IMG/VR virus record: IMGVR_UViG_3300037487_001316 | Location: 32,001 to 96,000 of that record | Origin: a virus | Length of the DNA stretch: 64,000 bases | Direction: 5' to 3' (one strand) | Part shown: piece by piece, positions 26,662 through 36,429 of the stretch | Layout: every line of letters starts with the position of its first letter | How positions within the stretch are numbered: position 1 is the stretch's first letter | Made by a program: the position numbers and the translations under genes | Notes under the pieces: generated by a model | What the model was told of the DNA's origin: nothing | Database searches by the model: none | What the model saw: the letters and a program-made list of their open reading frames with translations, nothing else

Positions 26662-27714
26662 ATGTCAAAAACACTCGAAGAAATCCGTAAGAAATTACAA
26701 GCATTAGATACACGCAAGAGCGGTGGTGGCCAAGGTGGTGGCGATAAGGCAACTTACGCACACTGGAATATCCCAGAAGGCACATCCGCAACACTTAGAT
26801 TCCTCCCTGACGCAAATGAAGATAATACATTCTTCTGGGTTGAACGTCAACTTATTAAACTCCCATTCCCGGGTATCAAAGGACAAGACGAAAACAAGCC
26901 TGTTGTAGTTCAAGTTCCTTGTATCGAAATGTGGGATGGTAAGATGACTTGCCCGATCTTGAATGAAGTCCGCCCGTGGTGGAAAGATAAGACATTAGAA
27001 GACACAGCACGTAAATACTGGTGCAAGCGCACATATTACATGCAAGGTTTTGTTAAGCAAGATCCGTTGAACGAAACCGACTCTCCAGAAAATCCAATCC
27101 GCAAGTTTATTATTGGACCACAAATTTTTGCAATCATTAAGGCTGCATTAATGGATCCCGATATGGCATATAGTCCTGTTGATTTTATCAACGGTACTGA
27201 CTTTATTACTTCTAAGACAAGTAAGGGTGGTTATGCAGATTATGGTACTTCTAAGTGGGCTAGAAAAGAATCTAGTCTTACAGAAGACCAACAGGCAGCA
27301 ATTGCTCAGTTTGGTACTGTTGATCTAGCAACATATTTGCCAAAGCGTCCAACACCAGAACAATTAGCAATTATGTTCGAAATGTTCCAGGAATCATTAG
27401 ATGGCGAATTATATGATCCAGCACGTTGGAGCCAGCATTACAAGCCGTTTGGTTTCGAATCAGCAGCACCGACCGATGATGCCGAAGGTGGCGAAGGTAA
27501 GAAAGTTACACGCACTACTTTCACTCAACGCCCAGCAGCACCGGCTGTGACACCAAAGGCAGCGCCCATCGTTGTGCCCGAAGACAACGAAGAAGACTTT
27601 GAAGCAGATCCTCCAAAGGCCGAAGTCAAAGAAACCGTTTCTGCTACAGCGGCACCTACAGCCGGCAAATCTCCTCAAGAAATCTTAGCAATGCTAAGAA
27701 ATCGCAACAAGTAA
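26662..27714 (+). CDS. single-stranded DNA-binding protein (gp32-like)
   Basis: A.LRFLPD, VPC.E....CPI, F.NG.DF, YADY.TSKW, acidic tail ending ILAMLRNR. Confidence 0.88.
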   Translation: MSKTLEEIRKKLQALDTRKSGGGQGGGDKATYAHWNIPEGTSATLRFLPDANEDNTFFWVERQLIKLPFPGIKGQDENKPVVVQVPCIEMWDGKMTCPILNEVRPWWKDKTLEDTARKYWCKRTYYMQGFVKQDPLNETDSPENPIRKFIIGPQIFAIIKAALMDPDMAYSPVDFINGTDFITSKTSKGGYADYGTSKWARKESSLTEDQQAAIAQFGTVDLATYLPKRPTPEQLAIMFEMFQESLDGELYDPARWSQHYKPFGFESAAPTDDAEGGEGKKVTRTTFTQRPAAPAVTPKAAPIVVPEDNEEDFEADPPKAEVKETVSATAAPTAGKSPQEILAMLRNRNK

Positions 27715-27775
27715 TATAACACGGCCCGGACCTCTACAGTTTTCTGTACGTTCGGGTTATCTTTAAGGAGAAGCC

Positions 27776-28867
27776 ATGACTCGGCCATTCGATATATCAA
27801 AGTTTCGTAAAAACTTAACAAAAAACATTACAGGTATTTCTACAGGATTCAATGATCCAGACACATGGATCAGCACAGGATCTTATGGATTAAATTATCT
27901 TATTAGTGGAGATTTCTATAAAGGAGTCCCGATGGGTAAGGTAACGGTATTTGCAGGTGAATCAGGTGCAGGTAAATCTTATGTTGTTTCCGGGAATATT
28001 GCTAAAGCAGCACAGGAACAAGGTATTTTTGTTGTTATGATTGACACAGAAAATGCACTAGATGAGAAGTGGTTGTTACCGCTAGGTGTAGATACAAGTG
28101 AAGAAAAGATGTTGCGTATCAGCGCATCTATGATTGACGAAGTTGCAAAGATTGTACATGATTTTGTAACTGATTACAAGGCAAATCATTTAGATTTGCC
28201 AAAAGATCAACGTCCCAAGATTCTGTTTATTATTGACTCTATCGGTATGTTATTAACACCTACTGAAGTAAATCAATTCCAGGCAGGCGATATGAAGGGC
28301 GATATGGGTCGCAAGGCTAAACAACTTAAAGCATTCGTATCTAACTGCGTGAATATGTTCGGTGATTTAAATATAGGTATGGTTGTTACAAATCACACCT
28401 ATGCAAGTCAGGATATGTTTGATCCCGATGATAAAATTTCCGGTGGTTCAGGTTTTATGTTTGCTTCGAGCATTATTGTTGCTATGAAGAAATATAAGTT
28501 AAAGGAAGACGAAGAAGGCAACAAAGTTGCTGAAGTTACTGGAATTCGTGCAACCTGCAAGGTTGTAAAGACTCGATACTCTAAACCGTTTGAATCAATT
28601 AAACTTAACATTCCTTGGGAGACAGGCATGAATCCAGTATCAGGATTGTTTGATCTGTTTGAAAAATCGGGAGTATTAATAAAAGAGGGTAATCGTTATA
28701 AATACGTTTCCAAGAAAACAGGTGAAGAAATGAAGTATTTCCGCAAGGATTGGAATGACTTCAGCAAGATGAAAGTTATTATGGATGAATTCACCCAGGA
28801 TGATTTAAAAGTTGTTATAGCAGATTCACCAGACGAAAAAATTATATTAGAGGTACAAAATGGTTAA
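27776..28867 (+). CDS. uvsX: RecA-like recombinase
   Basis: ISTGS..LN..ISG, FAGESGAGKS, IDTENA, IDSIGML, DMGRKAK, NHTY, ISGG.G. Confidence 0.93.
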   Translation: MTRPFDISKFRKNLTKNITGISTGFNDPDTWISTGSYGLNYLISGDFYKGVPMGKVTVFAGESGAGKSYVVSGNIAKAAQEQGIFVVMIDTENALDEKWLLPLGVDTSEEKMLRISASMIDEVAKIVHDFVTDYKANHLDLPKDQRPKILFIIDSIGMLLTPTEVNQFQAGDMKGDMGRKAKQLKAFVSNCVNMFGDLNIGMVVTNHTYASQDMFDPDDKISGGSGFMFASSIIVAMKKYKLKEDEEGNKVAEVTGIRATCKVVKTRYSKPFESIKLNIPWETGMNPVSGLFDLFEKSGVLIKEGNRYKYVSKKTGEEMKYFRKDWNDFSKMKVIMDEFTQDDLKVVIADSPDEKIILEVQNG

Positions 28868-29096
28868 CGAAAATCATGAATTGTTAATGGAACTATGGGC
28901 ACGTATAAAATCCCATATTCAACCTAAAGAACGATTAGAAGTGGCAGATATTCTTGTTGTGGTCTTTGATGAGTTTAGTCTAGTAGATGAAGAACTACTG
29001 GATGAAGATCTTGATAAAGAACTTAGGGCTGCTGCAAGGAGTCATCTATCAGAACTAATAGAAGACGAAGACGAAGAAGGATATGATGACGAATAA
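28860..29096 (+). CDS. acidic hypothetical protein
   Basis: ORF overlapping the uvsX stop, GAGG SD. Confidence 0.65.
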   Translation: MVNENHELLMELWARIKSHIQPKERLEVADILVVVFDEFSLVDEELLDEDLDKELRAAARSHLSELIEDEDEEGYDDE

Positions 29097-29400
29097 ACAA
29101 TCTGCTGCCGAATTCGGCGAAGCATTAATTCTAACAATCAATAGCAAGGATGCATTGAAATCCATGACGCAAGTCCAGCAGTTCAAAGAAAATATGAAAG
29201 ATGTGACTGTGGGTGCCGACTACGTAATTTGGATTTCAGAGCCAGCAAATCTGACTAGGGTACATAAGGCCCTGGCGGATGACCTAGACGTCCCTCCGCG
29301 AGCTATGGCGATTAAAAGAATATTAATGTCTAGAACCCAGCGGGCAGTATTGTTAATACAGGCAATGGAAATTGCAATTAGGCGGGTACATCAATTGTGA
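29083..29400 (+). CDS. hypothetical protein
   Basis: ORF in coupled operon. Confidence 0.6.
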   Translation: MMTNKQSAAEFGEALILTINSKDALKSMTQVQQFKENMKDVTVGADYVIWISEPANLTRVHKALADDLDVPPRAMAIKRILMSRTQRAVLLIQAMEIAIRRVHQL

Positions 29401-29858
29401 GCAGTTGGTATTATAAGGTTACTGCTGATCTATCTAACGTGGGTGGCTTCTTAGATCATTTTGAACTAGAATTAGAAAAAGCTAGATTAGAATTATCTTT
29501 GAAGGGTAAATCACTGGAACGACATGCCGCGGAATTACCCGGTCTAGTCGAACAAAGATTTGCCCAACTACAAGAGATAGAAGCAGTCCTTGAATACCTT
29601 AATATCAAACTTAGACAGGAACGATCGGCAGAATTTAAGAAGTTTCTGGAAGCATATAATAAAACTCTGAGTTCTAGAGATGCAGAAAAGTATGTCGATG
29701 GTGTACAGAGCATTGTAGATACTACCTTACTCGTTAATGAAATTGCATTACTTAGGAATAAGTTCTTAGGAATTAGCAAAGGATTTGAAGCAAAGAACTT
29801 CATGACTGGGCATATTATAAAATTACGAGTCGCAGGACTTGATGACGCGAGTGTTTAA
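29397..29858 (+). CDS. uvsY: recombination mediator (UvsY-like)
   Basis: Coiled-coil, LSSRDAEKYVDG, IIKLRVAG C-terminus; lies between uvsX and uvsW. Confidence 0.75.
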   Translation: MSSWYYKVTADLSNVGGFLDHFELELEKARLELSLKGKSLERHAAELPGLVEQRFAQLQEIEAVLEYLNIKLRQERSAEFKKFLEAYNKTLSSRDAEKYVDGVQSIVDTTLLVNEIALLRNKFLGISKGFEAKNFMTGHIIKLRVAGLDDASV

Positions 29859-31318
29859 TGGCAACAACAACCTTACAGATATTAGATGAAGTAAACATTC
29901 GATTTACGGACTTAGATGTTGTTTGTCGTCGCAAGATGGTACAGGCATTAGAGTTTATACTGCCTTATGCTCGTCATACACCTGCATACAAACTAGGCCG
30001 GTGGGATGGCAAGATGTCATTTTGTGATATAGGTGGAAGATCCTATGTTAATCTATTAGATAAACTATTACCTATTGTTCAACAATATGGTTATGAAGTT
30101 GAAATAGATGACCAACGTATATCCGGTGAGAATTTTGAATTTGAATTGGTTGAAGAAGATAGCTATAGTCATATATGTTGGCCTAAAGGGCATCCATATG
30201 CAGGTGATCCCATCTTAATCAAGGAACATCAACTAGAAGTAATAAACTCCTATCTTGAGAACATAACAGGTATCAATATTGCCCCAACAGGCTCAGGAAA
30301 GACCCTAATTACGGCGATTCTTAGCCACAAAGTTCAACCTTATGGTCGCAGCATAGTGATTGTACCCACTAAGGATTTAGTTACACAAACCGAAGATGAT
30401 TATATTAATATGGGATTAGATGTGGGTGTATTCTTCGGCGACAGGAAAGAGTATAGAAAAACTCACACAATATGCACATGGCAAAGCTTAGAAAGCCTAG
30501 CAAAGAAATCAAAAGAACACGATTTAGAGATCGATATAAATGCTTTCTTCGAGGGAGTGGTCTGCGTTATCGTGGACGAGGTACACAAAGCAAAGGCAGA
30601 TGTATTGAGACGGCTATTATCGACTTATTTGTGCAACGCACCAATTAGATGGGGTCTAACTGGAACAATGCCCGAAGAAGAGGCAGATAAAGTTGGTGTA
30701 GTTGCCTGTATAGGTCCGTTATTGGGCAAAATTAATACAAAAGAATTGCAAGACCTAGGTATACTTGCACAGCTACATGTAAACATCTGGCAGATGCAGG
30801 ATTTAGGTGAAGCAGCATTTACAAATTACCAGGCAGAACTAAAATGGTTAACAACTAGCCAAGCTAGATTAAAATTTCTTGCCAAAGAGATTATTACTAT
30901 GTCTGACAGTGGTAACACACTTATATTGGTTGATCGTGTTCAGACTGGAGAAATGTTACAATCACTTATACCAGATTCGATATTCGTTTCCGGTAAGATG
31001 AAGTCAAAGGCTCGTAAAGAAGAATATAAAGAAGTTCAGGAAGTCGACGGGAAGGTTATTATAGCTACATATGGTGTGGCGTCTACAGGCATTAACATTG
31101 TCCGTATTTTTAATCTTGTCTTATTTGAAGCAGGCAAAAGTTTTGTTCGTGTAATTCAAAGTATCGGTAGAGGTATTAGAGTTGCACCAGATAAAGATTT
31201 TGTTAATGTATATGATGTATGTTCCAACTGTAAATTCTCTAAACGACATTTGACAAAAAGAAAGAAGTTTTATACTGAGGCAGAATACCCGTTTAGCGTT
31301 AAGAAGGTGAACTATTAA
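29858..31318 (+). CDS. uvsW: SF2 DNA helicase (UvsW-like)
   Basis: GRWDGK, APTGSGKT, VDEVH, GLTGT, STGINI, QSIGRGIR. Confidence 0.92.
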   Translation: MATTTLQILDEVNIRFTDLDVVCRRKMVQALEFILPYARHTPAYKLGRWDGKMSFCDIGGRSYVNLLDKLLPIVQQYGYEVEIDDQRISGENFEFELVEEDSYSHICWPKGHPYAGDPILIKEHQLEVINSYLENITGINIAPTGSGKTLITAILSHKVQPYGRSIVIVPTKDLVTQTEDDYINMGLDVGVFFGDRKEYRKTHTICTWQSLESLAKKSKEHDLEIDINAFFEGVVCVIVDEVHKAKADVLRRLLSTYLCNAPIRWGLTGTMPEEEADKVGVVACIGPLLGKINTKELQDLGILAQLHVNIWQMQDLGEAAFTNYQAELKWLTTSQARLKFLAKEIITMSDSGNTLILVDRVQTGEMLQSLIPDSIFVSGKMKSKARKEEYKEVQEVDGKVIIATYGVASTGINIVRIFNLVLFEAGKSFVRVIQSIGRGIRVAPDKDFVNVYDVCSNCKFSKRHLTKRKKFYTEAEYPFSVKKVNY

Positions 31319-31686
31319 TGATAATCAATACACAACTAGATATAGCACATATTGAATTAATAAAGATTTTTATTAAGGCAAATGATTTAGTAGGTATAGT
31401 ACTTAGAGAATACCCTATAGAAGTTAGGGGAAGATTTCATATGTGTTTACAGTTGGAATCAACATTCGAAGATACATCTATTGCTCTTACTTTTATGGGT
31501 GTTATACATTGTGGTGTACTGAATATGCTAGATGACTATCTTATGAAATGCGGAGTAACACCTGACTCATTAAAACCTAAATCTATTCATAGACAATTAC
31601 AAGAAGAACGCGAAGCTAAATTCAATGAAGAATTTATGACACACTTATTGGAGATTAAAGAACAACATGAACATTCTAACAAATGA
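31318..31686 (+). CDS. hypothetical protein
   Basis: Coupled ORF. Confidence 0.55.
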   Translation: MIINTQLDIAHIELIKIFIKANDLVGIVLREYPIEVRGRFHMCLQLESTFEDTSIALTFMGVIHCGVLNMLDDYLMKCGVTPDSLKPKSIHRQLQEEREAKFNEEFMTHLLEIKEQHEHSNK

Positions 31687-32170
31687 TAATCGGGCATATA
31701 ATCTCGACAAGATTCCTAACGAAATAGAGGATATTAGATATTGTGTATTAGATTATTCAGATCCGAAAAATCCTGATTACTTTTTTATACCACTTATCTT
31801 TTTAGAAAGCTTTTATGCTCCGGCGGTGGTATTGCGTATCGGGGAATTTACAGTACAAATGCCGCTTGATTGGTCTATACTGGTATGTGATTCGGATTAT
31901 AGTGACCTAGAGTTGATGCCGTTAACAAGTTTAAATGATCGTGGGTTTCACACAATGGTATATAATCCATTAAGGCATATGGTACCGAGACCACAAGAAG
32001 TAAGTATTACAAATGTGTATGCTGAAGTAAAATGGTTCTTTCCTAAATTAAAGAATGGTAATATTTTAGTTGTACCTGTTGAAGATACACCGTACCCTAA
32101 TTGTGTATTATTTGTTAAAGAGATTAGTAAATTGCCGGATGTTATAGATATTGGAGCACTCTTTGAGTAA
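31667..32170 (+). CDS. conserved phage hypothetical protein
   Basis: GGAG SD; DYFFIPLIFLESF..P, VKWFFPKLKNG. Confidence 0.7.
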   Translation: MNILTNDNRAYNLDKIPNEIEDIRYCVLDYSDPKNPDYFFIPLIFLESFYAPAVVLRIGEFTVQMPLDWSILVCDSDYSDLELMPLTSLNDRGFHTMVYNPLRHMVPRPQEVSITNVYAEVKWFFPKLKNGNILVVPVEDTPYPNCVLFVKEISKLPDVIDIGALFE

Positions 32171-32753
32171 TGAAGTAAGTGATTGGCTAAGTGGGTTCTT
32201 TGAGATGAATCCAGATGCTTTACCTGCCGAAGAAGAGGTAAAGACAAAGGCATACAAGAATGATTTATTTAAGGATATCTTGCCTGCACTTGACCGCCGC
32301 GACATAAAATACTATAGTACTCTAAATGCCGAACAGCAAAAAGATGTATCGATATGGACTTTAACTAGATGGATGAGTTCTACAGCAAGCGGAGCAGCAG
32401 ATCAACTGTATACTGTAAATAAAATTGTCAATGATAGTTCTAATATATTCAGTTCTAAGAAAACTGAAAACTTTTTAGAAACTAATAGACATAAGGAATT
32501 GCAGTGGATGCTTCTTGCTATTTCGGGAACAGGTAAAAGAGAAAAACACGAATGGCCAGGTGCACCAAAGGGTGTAAAGAAAAGTCCGCTCATAGAAGCA
32601 CTTATTAAACATTATCCGTTACTTAAGGACGATGATATAGAATTGCTACTTAAATTAAATACACAACAAGATTTAGAGTTCTTCTTTAAAGAAAACGGAT
32701 ATGATGATAAATCAATCAAAGAATTATTCAAAGGCGAAGCTAAGGGGAAATAA
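32151..32753 (+). CDS. putative clamp-loader small subunit-like protein
   Basis: L.ALDRRD..YY, W.L.RWMS, HKELQW.LL, ALIKHYP; location in the replication block. Confidence 0.5.
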   Translation: MEHSLSNEVSDWLSGFFEMNPDALPAEEEVKTKAYKNDLFKDILPALDRRDIKYYSTLNAEQQKDVSIWTLTRWMSSTASGAADQLYTVNKIVNDSSNIFSSKKTENFLETNRHKELQWMLLAISGTGKREKHEWPGAPKGVKKSPLIEALIKHYPLLKDDDIELLLKLNTQQDLEFFFKENGYDDKSIKELFKGEAKGK

Positions 32754-32755
32754 CC

Positions 32756-33454
32756 TTGTTGGCTAAAAAAGCAATGGACCAAAAATTCGAATGTCGATTT
32801 TGTGGAACAAAATTTCGTAGAGAAAATACATTAACTACCCATATGTGTGTAAAGAAACAACGCCATATGGATATAAACACTGCTGGTTCGCGTTTTGGAT
32901 TTAGGGCATTTCAAAAGTTCTATGAACTCACGATGCAGTCTAAGAAGCCAAAATCTATCGATGAGTTTATTAACAGTCCGTATTATATAGATTTTGCTAA
33001 ATTTGGAAATCATCTAGCATTATTAAAGCCCGTTTATATTGACAAATATATAGATTTTGTTATCATGAATAGCATAAAGCTAAAAGATTGGACAAAAGAC
33101 TTTGTATATGATTATTATATTGAGGATCTAGTAAAGAAGGAACCAGCGGGTAGCGCAACAGAACGAACAATAACAGAGATAATAGATTGGTGTAATAAAA
33201 ATAATACCCCCTTTGGGGATTTCTTTGTTACTATCTCAGTAAACGAAGCTGCACACCTTATTAAGACAGGTAGAATAAGTCCGTGGGTATTATATCTAGC
33301 CGAGTCGGGTGAAAAATTAATGACACGGTTCAATGAAGATCACGCTAAGATAATAGGTTCTATTATAGAGCCGGGTGTATGGATGAAGAAGTTTAAGAAT
33401 TCTGAAGAGGATGTTGATTATATAAAAAACGTATTGACGCAGGCCGGCCTATGA
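32756..33454 (+). CDS. Zn-finger-containing hypothetical protein
   Basis: FECRFCGTKF.RE.TL..HMC; GRISPW. Confidence 0.7.
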   Translation: MLAKKAMDQKFECRFCGTKFRRENTLTTHMCVKKQRHMDINTAGSRFGFRAFQKFYELTMQSKKPKSIDEFINSPYYIDFAKFGNHLALLKPVYIDKYIDFVIMNSIKLKDWTKDFVYDYYIEDLVKKEPAGSATERTITEIIDWCNKNNTPFGDFFVTISVNEAAHLIKTGRISPWVLYLAESGEKLMTRFNEDHAKIIGSIIEPGVWMKKFKNSEEDVDYIKNVLTQAGL

Positions 33455-33717
33455 GAGAAATACAATTAAATCAGTGGAATATAACAAAACTCCAATTTAT
33501 GGAGTGGATAGCAGAGACAGAGGCAGAAGTTTATGCTGTAATCTTCCTTGATACAAAACCTGTGGATAGAGCACCGAGATACAGTTTCGGCAATGATGAA
33601 GATTTCTTAGCATTTAAATTAAAATTTACAGAATATAAACCTGAAATGGTAGGATATAAAGGTAAGACAACGATAGATACCTCTTCTTACTATTGCCCAT
33701 ACATTCCTCCCAAATGA
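33451..33717 (+). CDS. small protein with F.NDED...F.L motif
   Basis: YSFGNDEDFLAFKLKF; C-terminal YYCPYIP. Confidence 0.6.
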   Translation: MREIQLNQWNITKLQFMEWIAETEAEVYAVIFLDTKPVDRAPRYSFGNDEDFLAFKLKFTEYKPEMVGYKGKTTIDTSSYYCPYIPPK

Positions 33718-33932
33718 AAGAAATTCAATTACCGTCGGGTGTTAGTTATCTTAAAGATTTAATGGTTATTCTAAAAGAACAAGGTGTTGAACATACTTAT
33801 TTTTCCGGTAAGAATGTTATTGCTTTTGTCAATGACGAAGATGCATCGATGTTTATGTTGCAACACGGCGGCAATATGAAATCTGCGTTAGAAGAATTCA
33901 GAAAACAATTTAGTAGGATATATGTGCAGTGA
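33714..33932 (+). CDS. small protein with F.NDED...F.L motif
   Basis: IAFVNDEDASMFMLQH; ATGA overlap with the upstream ORF. Confidence 0.6.
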   Translation: MKEIQLPSGVSYLKDLMVILKEQGVEHTYFSGKNVIAFVNDEDASMFMLQHGGNMKSALEEFRKQFSRIYVQ

Positions 33933-34519
33933 AGAAAGTAACAACTGACGTAGATATTGACGTGTTTGGTAGAGATAATATCTTAAAAGGTATTGAATGC
34001 ATCTTTGGACGGATAGATCGTGCAGATAATAAATTTGAAAAACATCCCTCGGGTGTTTATTTTCAGAATATTCCGAGAGATCCGACAACAAACATATCCA
34101 CGATAGATCACCGAATTGCAACCGATTACGGTTATTTTAAGATTGATTTCCTTAATGTTAATATGTATGAAGCTGTCAGGGATGAAGCACATTTGCTCGA
34201 CTTGTTGAATAAGGAACCACCGTGGGATTTCTTTGAATACGAGGAAATTACAGATCAGTTATTTCACATTAAGGGGTATAGTCATCTATTACAGAAATAT
34301 AAACCTCGGTGTGCAGAAGATTTAGCTATGATACTTGCTATGATACGTCCTGCTAAGGCCTACTTGCAAGGAACTGAATGGGATAAGGTTAGGACTGAAA
34401 TATGGGATAAGAGTTTAGATAGGACTGCTTATCATTTTAAGCGTAGCCATTCGATTGCTTACGCTCTTGCTGTGATAATAAATCTAAATTTATTGATTGA
34501 GAAAATGTCGAAAGATTAA
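33929..34519 (+). CDS. miniature DNA polymerase III alpha (DnaE)-like protein
   Basis: TDVDID, KHPSGV, YFKIDFL, LAMIRP, FKRSHSIAYA correspond to DnaE PDIDxD, HAAG, KxDFLG, ALYRPG and FNKSHSAAY motifs. Confidence 0.75.
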   Translation: MKKVTTDVDIDVFGRDNILKGIECIFGRIDRADNKFEKHPSGVYFQNIPRDPTTNISTIDHRIATDYGYFKIDFLNVNMYEAVRDEAHLLDLLNKEPPWDFFEYEEITDQLFHIKGYSHLLQKYKPRCAEDLAMILAMIRPAKAYLQGTEWDKVRTEIWDKSLDRTAYHFKRSHSIAYALAVIINLNLLIEKMSKD

Positions 34520-34887
34520 TCAGCACGTCTAAGAAGTTGTATCTGACGTTTCTTGATGCGTTTCTTCATTATATTATTTAAACTTGTTAGTGACCCGAAC
34601 ATAATTTCTACGTCCTTATTCACTATAGTCTTCATGCAATAACGGAACGGTTGCATTTGTCCCTGTAAGAAAATGTTAATCGGCAGTAATCTATTACTCT
34701 CCGACCACCATACATCACCTAACTCTAGGAACAATAATTTTTCTTCTTTAGAACGTATTACTTCATAATCATAGAAGCTGATAATTTTGTCATCAGAATT
34801 TTGAATGATGCCAATATACTCCTGCGTTTGGCATCGCAGGCCGCTAATAAAAGGGAATTTATCTTTAATTTCTTCAAAATTTATCAT
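34516..34887 (-). CDS. conserved phage hypothetical protein
   Basis: FPFIS, EYIGIIQN, FLELG..WW.ESNR.LPINIFL, basic C-terminus; TATAAATA on the minus strand upstream. Confidence 0.7.
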   Translation of the reverse strand: MINFEEIKDKFPFISGLRCQTQEYIGIIQNSDDKIISFYDYEVIRSKEEKLLFLELGDVWWSESNRLLPINIFLQGQMQPFRYCMKTIVNKDVEIMFGSLTSLNNIMKKRIKKRQIQLLRRAD

Positions 34888-34970
34888 ACGACTTATTTAT
34901 ACATTTTAGAATCAAAGGAAACATTTTTTGATGTTCTTCTTGATAAATATACAAAAGACAAGGCAGCTTG

Positions 34971-35525
34971 ATGAAATTATCAGAATTTATAACCGAGAAA
35001 ATTAAATATAGTGCAACAACACATGATAAAAATCAGCACGATTATGTTCTAGGTAATGAATTAGAGAAGACAGCAGCATTTGGTAAGAAAACTATTGTAG
35101 TGAGTAATATATCGGATTTAGATAAGTTAGATCAACTTCGGACGGAATCTAAGGCAACAGCATTATATTTTTATATGACACAGGCCCTGAATAAATCTAA
35201 GAATCCAGAAAAAACATTCAAAGAATACAAGAAAGCTGTAAAACACTTTTTAGATAAGAAAGTGTTATGCACATTAGATATACCTGTTGAGTTTGCAGAT
35301 AAAATATCAGATCTATCTAAATCGGATTATTTTATTGCTAATATAGTAATTAAACTGCCTAATATAAAGTCGCTTAATTCTAAGGCAGCTATTAAATTAC
35401 AAGGTGATAACTTTGGTGATAGTAATGGTGGCGTCTGGGTCACAAATCTTAAAAATATAATGGTAAAATCTAATTTTACTCCTTGGAGTAAATATAACAA
35501 AGATCACGGAGTAGACTTAGAATAA
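34971..35525 (+). CDS. hypothetical protein with CTS-like N-terminus
   Basis: MKLSEFITE start after GATAAATA at 34942; SNGGVWV, FTPWSKY. Confidence 0.65.
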   Translation: MKLSEFITEKIKYSATTHDKNQHDYVLGNELEKTAAFGKKTIVVSNISDLDKLDQLRTESKATALYFYMTQALNKSKNPEKTFKEYKKAVKHFLDKKVLCTLDIPVEFADKISDLSKSDYFIANIVIKLPNIKSLNSKAAIKLQGDNFGDSNGGVWVTNLKNIMVKSNFTPWSKYNKDHGVDLE

Positions 35526-36394
35526 TGGATATTACTTTTCACAAACTATATCTTTATGATCATGTTAGGCAGCTACTAGCGTATGATAATGTATTCTGCC
35601 CATTAAAGGATAACGGCCCAATGAATAAGAACCCAATACTGGCACATAAAGGAATTGATAATAAAATTATATTTAGAGCTCTAGGCCCTGATAGAATTCC
35701 TGTTGATATTTCGTGTAATCAACAAGTCTATGCAAGAATTATTGATGTAATAAACAATACAGTTGCATTAGAAAAATTATGTAGATTAGGTCCTGCCAAG
35801 GGTCTTATTACATTAGAACTCGATAGTGGCGACATCGTAGATATTGCTCCGGGATTATATCAAATGGTTCTTATTAGAACAGAAGACTTTGTTTCTAATA
35901 TCCCCGGCTATTATATAGAGAAACCATTATACAGTGATATGAATGATAATATCTCTATGGAGATACAAATTACAGAACAAGCGTTTAAGGCACCACTACC
36001 AAGTATTACATTATTACCCGAAGATTGGACACCCGATATTTTAGCACCTACTACTGGCGCACCTCGTCCGTGTTTTTATACAGGACGCATTCCGGGTGGA
36101 CGAGTATTGAATCATAAAGAATCGGTTCAATCATTCTCGACCTATACTGAAAATTTTACAGGTGTGTTAGAGATCTGGGGAACACTAGAAGAGACACCAA
36201 GTCCGTATCTAAATGATGTAAGATGGTTTAAGATTTATCCATCAAGTATGTCAGTAGATATCGAGTATGTCGGATATACAGGAACACAGGCGTGGACGTT
36301 CAGCGCAAACTTTATGTGGTTGAAGTTTAGATACTTTCCGAGTACAGGAGTATTAGACCACGGTCTTATGTCAAAGTTGATTGTTCGAACATAG
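35525..36394 (+). CDS. putative virion structural protein
   Basis: HKGIDNKI.F, FTG.LEIWGTL, WLKFRY; beta-rich composition. Confidence 0.65.
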   Translation: MDITFHKLYLYDHVRQLLAYDNVFCPLKDNGPMNKNPILAHKGIDNKIIFRALGPDRIPVDISCNQQVYARIIDVINNTVALEKLCRLGPAKGLITLELDSGDIVDIAPGLYQMVLIRTEDFVSNIPGYYIEKPLYSDMNDNISMEIQITEQAFKAPLPSITLLPEDWTPDILAPTTGAPRPCFYTGRIPGGRVLNHKESVQSFSTYTENFTGVLEIWGTLEETPSPYLNDVRWFKIYPSSMSVDIEYVGYTGTQAWTFSANFMWLKFRYFPSTGVLDHGLMSKLIVRT

Positions 36395-36423
36395 TTGATT
36401 TTCGCAGAAGAATCTGCTATACT
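36395..36423 (+). promoter_or_regulatory. sigma70-like promoter for primase/helicase
   Basis: TTGATT-17bp-TATACT with extended -10 TG. Confidence 0.55.
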
Positions 36424-36429
36424 TGTTCA

